Source of the DNA: Caecitellus pseudoparvulus
Lineage: Eukaryota > Protista > Bigyra: Bicosoecida
Direction: 5' to 3'
NCBI GenBank assembly: GCA_965644315.1
Contig: CBFFRQ010000030.1
Span: 434,001 to 498,000 of the forward strand
Length of the DNA stretch: 64,000 nt
Part shown: piece by piece, positions 56,801-64,000 of the stretch
How the letters are laid out: each line of letters begins with the position of its first letter
Position numbering within the stretch: the first letter of the stretch is position 1
Made by a program: the position numbers and the translations under genes
The notes under the pieces: model-generated
What the model was told of the DNA's origin: nothing
The model's database searches: none
The model's input: only the letters and a program-made list of their open reading frames with translations

Positions 56801-59800
56801 GGGCACGCCGCCCCCGCCTTGACCCTGGACAGCTCTGCTTCGGACCACGCCCTTGCGGCGGACGCCACCTCCCCCCTTGAGGCGGGGGCACTGGATGAGG
56901 AAGTGGAGGCGGCCGCTGCCGCGAAAGCGTCTGCCCTGGGTGTCTTCGACTCCGACGCCTTCGGGGCCGCCACCAAGAAGTCCATCCTGTCCTCTGACCC
57001 CGCCACGGCGGCAGAGGCCACTGCTCGCATCACAGCCGCTCGTGTCGCGGCGCGGGCGGGGCCCTCCTACCTTGCCTCCCTCTCAGGCCGGTCCAAGACC
57101 AGCAAGGGCGCGGGGGAGGGCATCCCCGTCGGCTCGGCGTCCTCCGCCGCCCTGCACCTGGGCTCCACCTCCAGCCTGCTGTCAGTGGCGGATGGTGTGC
57201 CGTCTGGTGTCCGGGCCCTGGGCGGCTCAGCCTCCACTGCCTCCGTGTACAGCCTGCCTGGCTTCGTGCGAGTGGACGGCTCCACACACGCGCTGCCCAT
57301 TGCCGCCGACCCCAGCCTCGCCCATGCTGCTGGTACTGCCTCCTCTGCCACAGGCTTCACGGCCATGTCCCCTGCCTACCGCGCTGCTGTGCGGCGGTAC
57401 CTGGGGTACCTGGACGGGCCCGGGTCACAGGGCATCGACACGCAGAGCGGTGCCATCGCACCCCTGCGCAAGAGCTGGCTGGATGCCGCCATGACGCTGC
57501 TGCCGCCGGCGCCCACCAACCCCCAGCAGGTGCAAGCTGCCAACGCCATGTTGGCGGGGCAGTTGGCCGAGCTGGTGGGTCGCTACGAGCGGTCGCAGCG
57601 ACAGGCCCTGTTGAACTACGTTCTGCGCTCCCCTGGCGACCGCATGCGCCTGGGCGTGCCGCTCATCCCAGAGGGCTACCGCATCCGGGAGTGGGGGTGG
57701 GGCTCCACGCCCTTCCCCCTGGCCTCCTGGTACGGCCACGTGGTGGGGCAGGCGGATACGCTGCCCTTCGGTACATCCCCACGGACATCCCCGCTGCCCC
57801 TGCCCCCACGTGTGCCGCCCTCCTGGCACGCCCACGTCATTGGCGCCGCGGAAAGCGTCGTGCCACAGCTGTACCGCATCTGCCCAGCCACACGCCAAGT
57901 CATGGACAGCTGGCTGGGGTACTACGCGCGCTTGCCACATGCACTGCTGGTGCAGCTGCCGCAGCTGGCGGGCTGGGCAGCGCCAGGTGACGAGGTGGCC
58001 CAGGGCGGTGACACGCCCTTCAGCCCGGTGCGGGGACCACGTGGCGCTATCCTGCCGCCCGTGCGCACACTGCCGGGCCCGCAGTTCCTCTCGTCCTTCG
58101 AGGAGATCCAGCACAAGCAAGCTGACTTCATCCGAGAGGGCCTGGTGGGTGTTTGGTTGCCAGAGGCCCACGACACCATCAGGCGGTACTTTCACACCCT
58201 GCACACGCCTCAGGGCGGCGGTGCCAGCGCCCGATCTGGAGGCGGCATGCTGCCGCCTCTCGCTGGCAGCCGGCTGGGTGCTGAGGCAGAGGGGGAAGGC
58301 GCCTTCGGTGGCGGCTCCAAGGCCGATGCGCTAGATGCCTCCCGGTACGTGCAAGGCTTCTTTGACGGTGTGCAGGCGTCCTTCCTGCCCCTGCACCTGT
58401 TCGAGCCTGCACGCCTCCTGCGTGTGGGGCAGTGGGTTCTGGGGCAGCAGCTGCGCTCCCTAACGTCCCGCTCCCTGCAGGCCCTCGTCGCGTACTTCCT
58501 GCGCTTCGCCAAGCGCCGCCAACGCCGCGCGCTGAACTGCATCGTCGCCCTGGCCCGCCAACGCATGGGCCTGCTGGTGCGAGAGGCGGCAGCGGCCGAG
58601 GCCAAGGCTGCCGCGGCGCGTGCCGCTTCCCAGGCAGCAGCAGCAGCTGCCGCTGCGGCGCAGCAGGAGCGAGAGCGCCAGCGTGCCGAGTATGACGAGC
58701 TGAAGGCTGCAGCGGCTGCGCGAGGGCGGGGCCCAGCCACCCACCGTGGCGTGCTTAGCCAAGCTGAGTGGGACCGCCTTGCCGCTGAGCACGCGCAGAA
58801 AGTTGCCGCCGAGGCGTTTGACGGCGCTGGCAGCGATGGGGGCAGCCTGGCGGCCAGTGACAGCGCGTCGTTGGAGGAGGAAGGCGTCGACGGACATGCG
58901 CCTGCCGCTCGGCACCGCGATGGCACGGCCGAGCACAAGTTCGACTTTGGGGATGAGGAGAGCGATGAGGAGGAGGGTGTCGGCGTGGGGGGGCGGGTCG
59001 GTGAAGGTGACGAGGCAGACTTCCCCACTGACTTCCTGGACGACGATGAGCACGTCGCAGCGTACTGCGACATTGCCCGTCTGCGGTTCATGCTGGGGGA
59101 GGACTTCGCAGAGGGCGTGTTGCGGGTGCTGCAGGGGGACACGCCCCAGTCTGCCTCTGCCGAGCACAAGTCTGCCGCCCCCACCTCTCCGCAAGGCACG
59201 CCAGTGAAGCTGGCGGGGGACGTGAACGACATCATCGAAGTGCACGATGCCTATGCGAGCGACCCAGCCATCACTGCGGGGGTCGTGCCCCCCGTTGGCT
59301 GCATCGGCTTTGACCTGGCCGATCCGATCGTGCAGCAAGCTGCGCGACTGGAAGCGGCTGCCGCCAGGGCTGGCGAAGGTGGTCCCGCCGCTCTGCTCTC
59401 GCCCCGCCGCCGCTCCAGCGCCTACAGCAACCTGGGCGCCTCCGAGGACACGCCAGAGGTGGAGGCCAGTGTTGCCCCCACGGCAGAGCTGTTCCCAGCC
59501 TTCGTCCTGCGACTGTCCTCTCAGGAGGCGGAGGAGGCCCGCCCACCGCCCAAGGGCGAAGACAAGGCTGAGTATGGGGACGACCCCATCTTGGGATTCG
59601 TGCAGGCGCAGGGGGAGCGGCAGCCGCTGGACAGCCAGGACCCCGCCCCCAGCATGGCTGAGGAAGAGGGCATGGCAGAGACGCTGGCAGGGATGCGAGC
59701 CGAGAACACGCGGGTGTTCTGCCTCACCCCCTCCCCTGAGGAAGTGGAGGCCACCGTGCTGCGGGTGTTTGACGACACGGTGCGTGCGACGCACCACATC

Positions 59801-62800
59801 CCGAACCTGCTGTACCGGTACGGCACATTCTACGAGACCTTGGGCATTGGCCTGGAGGCAGAGGCCGGCCCAGGCCCAAGCCATGCTTCTGATGCAGCTA
59901 CTGCGGGAGGGGCCAGTGATTCCCGCTGGCCCTCCGAAGCCAAGCCCACCATCGTCCGGCGGTGGCGCAACGACGAGACAGAGCTGCACTCTGTGAGGGT
60001 GGCTCTGGACGCTGCCTCCCGCGGCACCAGCAGCGCCCCCACGACGGAGACGTACGCCGCCCTGCAGCAGGGCGGCGTGGTGGTGGACACACACCGCTAC
60101 CTGCGCAGTGTGCGCCCTGACGAGCCGGCGGTGCGTGCTGCGAAGCGCATCGTGCAGACAGTGCTGCGCCAGAGCATGGCCGACGCCCAGAAGCTGCTGG
60201 AGCTGTACACACCCTTTGAGTTCCTGCTGTCTGAGTCCGGGCGCCTGGGGCGGTTCCTGGACACAGCGCCGTCCCTGCCTGAGTGCCAGAAGGTCATTGA
60301 GCAGTATGAGAAGACGCAGACGGACATCCTTGCAGTGACACAGGCCGCCGATGCAGTGGCTAAGGTGCTGGCCGACGCACAAGCACACGGGGATGCGCCA
60401 GCTGAACTGGACTCGAGTGATCTGGACGCCGCTGCGGCAGTGCTGGGCGGCGCCGCGGCGGGCAACGCGGACATCGACCCTGCCGCCCTGGCGGCAGCGA
60501 CGTCAGCATGGGCACGCGCACGTCAAGCCGGCAAGCCCCTGGTCGACGTCACGTCTGAGGGGTACAAGGGCGTCTTCCGTGTCCCGAACCGGGTGCCGCT
60601 GGACCTCGTCGTTGTGGACTGCACTGCCATGAACGCACTGCTGGTGGGCCGCACCCAGCAGCTCATCGCCCAGGTGTTGGCGTACGTGGAGCGTGTGGCG
60701 AAGAGCAGCCACACGGCCCTCGTCAAGTCTTTCCGTGCCCTGGCTGCGCGCCTACTCACCGTGCCCATGAACAGCGTGGAGCTGGTGAAGGCTGAGCGGC
60801 ACCTGTACCAAGCACAGAAGGTGGACATCCCAGAGCTGGAGAAGCAGTGTGCAGAGGCTCAGGAGCTGCTGCATTTCATGTTCAAACACAGCCACACGGT
60901 GTCGCTGCCGACGCTGCAGCCCAGCCACGAGGTGTCTGTGCTGCGAGAGAAGATCACAGACGAGGTGGTGCCCGCTGCCTCTGCTACCCTGGCGGCGGTG
61001 CGGGCCAAGCGTGAGGCGAGCGTACGCAAGCTTCGTGACAACATGAAGCTGAGCATGAACCGCCTGCAGCGGGACATTGCCCAGTTCAACGACAAGAGCG
61101 ACCCCATGGCCGTGTCTGGGTACTGCGACGAGCTGGAGCAGATGCGAAAGGCACTGGATGCGGCGGCGGTGGAGGCCGCCCGCATCTCCAGCGAGGAGAC
61201 GCGCCTTGGCTTCACCAGCACAGAGTTTGAAGAGATCTCCCGCAACCGGCGGCAGCTCATGCCGTACCACACCCTGTGGCACACAGTGCGCGCCAGCGAA
61301 GCCAAGCTGGCCCGGTGGAAGAAGGGCGGGCCAGTGTTCACCCTGGATGCTGACCAGGTGGCCGCGGCTGTGGACGCCATGTCCAAGACAGGCACCATCC
61401 TGGAGACTGGGTTGGCGACGGAGGCCCCCGAGGCAGCCGAGGCCGCCGGGAAGGTGGTGCGCTCCATGGCCGACTTTAAGCGGCACCTGCCCCTCATCCA
61501 GGCGGTCTGTGCTCACGGCATGCGGGAGCGGCACTGGGAGGCAGTGTCCCGCATCATGGACCCTGTGAAAGTGCGCCCCGACGCGCAGAGCACGCTAACG
61601 CGGCTGCTGGAGATGGACCTGGGGGAGCACGTGGAGGAGATCGCGGTAGTGGCGGAGCAAGCCAAACGCGAGTTCGCCATTGAGGAGAGCCTGGTGCGCA
61701 TGACTGACCAGTTCCACGCCGTGGAGCTGCGGGTGGTGGACCACGCATCCCTGCCTGGCTTGCAGGTGGTGGCTGCGGACTGCATGGAGCTGGCCCGCTC
61801 TGTCGTCTCGGACCAGGGCGTGCGCACAGAGGCACTGCAGTCCGCCCCCTATGCCTCAACGCCGGAGTTGGCTGAGCCCCTGGCAGACCACGCAGACCTG
61901 CTGGTGGATGCCGTGAACATCCTGGCCCTGCTGGCCACGGCGCAGACGGGCATCGTGGAAGCACGCACGCTGTTCTCGCGCTCCTTCCTGGCCAAGCGCA
62001 TGCCGGAGTGCGTGGACCAGTACGAGAATGTGGAGTTCAACTGGAGCCGCGCCATGTCCGGCATCGTGGAGCGCCCGACACTCATCGCGCTGGCGGACAA
62101 CCCCGTCATCAAGGATGAGCTGGAGAAGGTGACGGCCCTGCTGGAGGACTTGCGGCACGCCGGCAGTGCTCTGCTGCAGCGCCTGCGGGAGGCCGTGCCG
62201 CGGTTCTACGGTTTGTCTGACGCCCAGCTCGTGGCCCTGCTGACGACAGAGGCATGGTTCACGCATCCCCCGGCAGGTGCCCTCACCGCCATGTTTCCCG
62301 GGGTGACTGCCTTCTTGACTTCCTCAGTGCCCACGCCGGCGGTGACGGAGGAGGCGCTGGTGGCCGAGTCCCTGGACCCTGCCACCATGACCGTCGCCCG
62401 CCTGGGTGCTGGGCGCAAGAAGGCAGTCCCTGGCATGGACTCTGACTCTGGGTCAGATGTGGAGGGCGGCGCCCAGACTGCGGGGGACCCCTCTGGCCTG
62501 GGCGCCATCGGGCACCACCGCTTCATCGTCGCAGTAGAGGCGGCGGATGGCCGAGTCGTGCCCCTGGTTCGAGCTGTGGACTTGCTGCCGCACGGAGGCG
62601 AGGCGTGCAGCAGCGAGCTGTGGGCCGAGCTGGAGGCGACGCTGCAAGACTCAGTCCTGGCCTTCATCGCAGGCGCTGGGCACCACCACGCCACGGAGGT
62701 GTCCATGCCTCTGGCTGCTTTGGCTGCCACGCCGCAACTCCCCTCACCCAGCGGCGTCCCCGACACTGACACCGCACAGCACACCTTGTGGGACTCGGTG

Positions 62801-64000
62801 CGTCCCCGCCTGGCGCAGTGGGTGTCAGCGTGGCCACTGCAGGCGCAGCTTGTGGCTGTGTCTGCCGAGTGGACCGCCACGGTAGAGGCAGCCATGCTGG
62901 AGACAGCCTTGGCAGCGGCACAGGCTGCTGTGCTGCCCGGCTCCGCAGCGGGCAAGCGCCAGGCGGGCAGCGGCTTTCAGGGCCGCTACCGGGGTGGGCG
63001 CTCGCTTCGCCCTGTGGGAGCCGAGTCAGCCACGGACACGGCGGTGCTGTCTGCCATGTCCGGCTGCACTGCCCCGCTGACCGCCCTTGTCGGCCTGCTG
63101 AACAAGCGCATTTCCTTGCTGAGCTCCATCGCACGGCAGGGGCAGGCCTGGGGCGGGCGGTGCCTCGCCCCTGCCGCCAACTTCACCGAATCGCCCCATG
63201 CACCAGGGCACACGGTCAGTGGCCCTGGCTCGGCACTTGCTACGCGCCTGTCAGTGCTCATTGGCTGGCACGTGCATGCACGTGACGTGACGGCCAGCCT
63301 CGCCGCCGCGTTCAAGACCACTGACTCCACCCTTGCCGTGGCCCTGATGCAGTTCGCGGCAACACAGCAGTTGGAGCTGCCCCTGTCTGCAATGCCGCCT
63401 CAGCTTGCCGCGGCGGCGGCTGCTGCGGCGGAGGAGGGTCGAGACTTGACGCCAGAGGAGGAGGAAGCCATCATCGTGGCGTGGGAGGAGCACGTAGACT
63501 CGGTGGTCACGCAGGTCGCGGCTGCCGGCGCCCAGCACCTGCTGGCGAGCAGTGCCTGGGGGCGCTGCATCAAGATGCACTGGCAGCTGGGGCGCCTGGG
63601 GCAGGACTGCCCCCATGTGCCCCTGCCTGAGGGTCACGAGGAGCAGGAGCAGCAAGGCGCGCCTCAGTACCCGTGGGCGTACTTGGAAGGGGGCTCACAC
63701 CCTCTGCACAGCCTGCTGGCCGAGGGCAGCGGCCACACGGGTCACTCCCGCACTGAGACGTACTTGACTCTCCTGCGCGCGCTGTCCACGGGGGATGCCG
63801 CTGCCATGAGTGTGCTGCAGTCTCGCCTGCACGCTGGGCGCTTCGGCGTGCTGACACAGCGGGCTGGGTCCGACGATGCCCCCGTCTTTTCCGGTGGCGA
63901 CTCAGCGTACAGGCGCACGACCACGGGGTGGTTCTGCAGTGTGGGCGTGGACAAGGCGCTTGACGCCATGGGCGGCCGAGCCACGTCAGGCACGCCCAAG
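53900..64000 (+). CDS. Giant dynein-heavy-chain-like protein with N-terminal CCDC81-type HU-like domains; runs off the window
   Basis: Exons 53900-54011, 54497-54615, then an open frame from 54689 to the window end. The ORF track lists no terminated ORF in this frame, and spot translations are open. Dynein tail/linker motifs: FKRHLPLIQAVCAHGMRERHW (~61475), AKREFAIEESL, PRFYGLSDAQL (~62198), WPLQAQLVAVSAEWT, LIGWHVHARDV (~63260). Confidence 0.8.

Noticed and set aside
1-64000. Genome-wide reassignment of UGA, CRISPR arrays, rRNA or tRNA genes
   Set aside because: TGA, TAG and TAA all terminate conserved genes at the expected positions; no spacer-repeat arrays or structural RNA genes were recognised.

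Overview
GC-rich, gene-dense eukaryotic DNA from a flagellated protist (possibly a stramenopile; lineage is inference only). It uses the standard code, with short GT-AG introns clustered at gene 5' ends (donors GTGCGT/GTACGT/GTGAGT, acceptors CGCAG/CACAG). About 22 protein genes can be supported: two tandem TmcB/TmcC-like membrane proteins, a myosin-IQ-RCC1 protein, a divergent Dbp5-like DEAD-box helicase, a membrane-anchored N-formylglutamate-amidohydrolase-like protein, TM9SF3, QCR6, fibrillarin, PP2C, a WDTC1-like WD40 protein, alanine aminotransferase, a double-PH protein, dynein p28, FTHFS, two orphan proteins, TYW1, DNA polymerase kappa, NDUFV2, TCTP, a RAP-domain protein and a giant dynein-heavy-chain-like gene running off the right end. 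Highlights that the ORF track does not show: (1) a spliced SelW/Rdx selenoprotein (CxxU, in-frame TGA at 46361) with a type II SECIS-like hairpin whose core reads ACGA instead of AUGA; (2) a >3,100-aa open frame joining N-terminal CCDC81-type HU-like domains to a dynein tail/linker whose AAA1 P-loop appears to be missing; (3) sharp-edged patches of near-identity between the two TmcB-like paralogs, with divergence at NarX/PilJ-like sensor motifs. All calls come from reading the sequence by eye; no searches were run.
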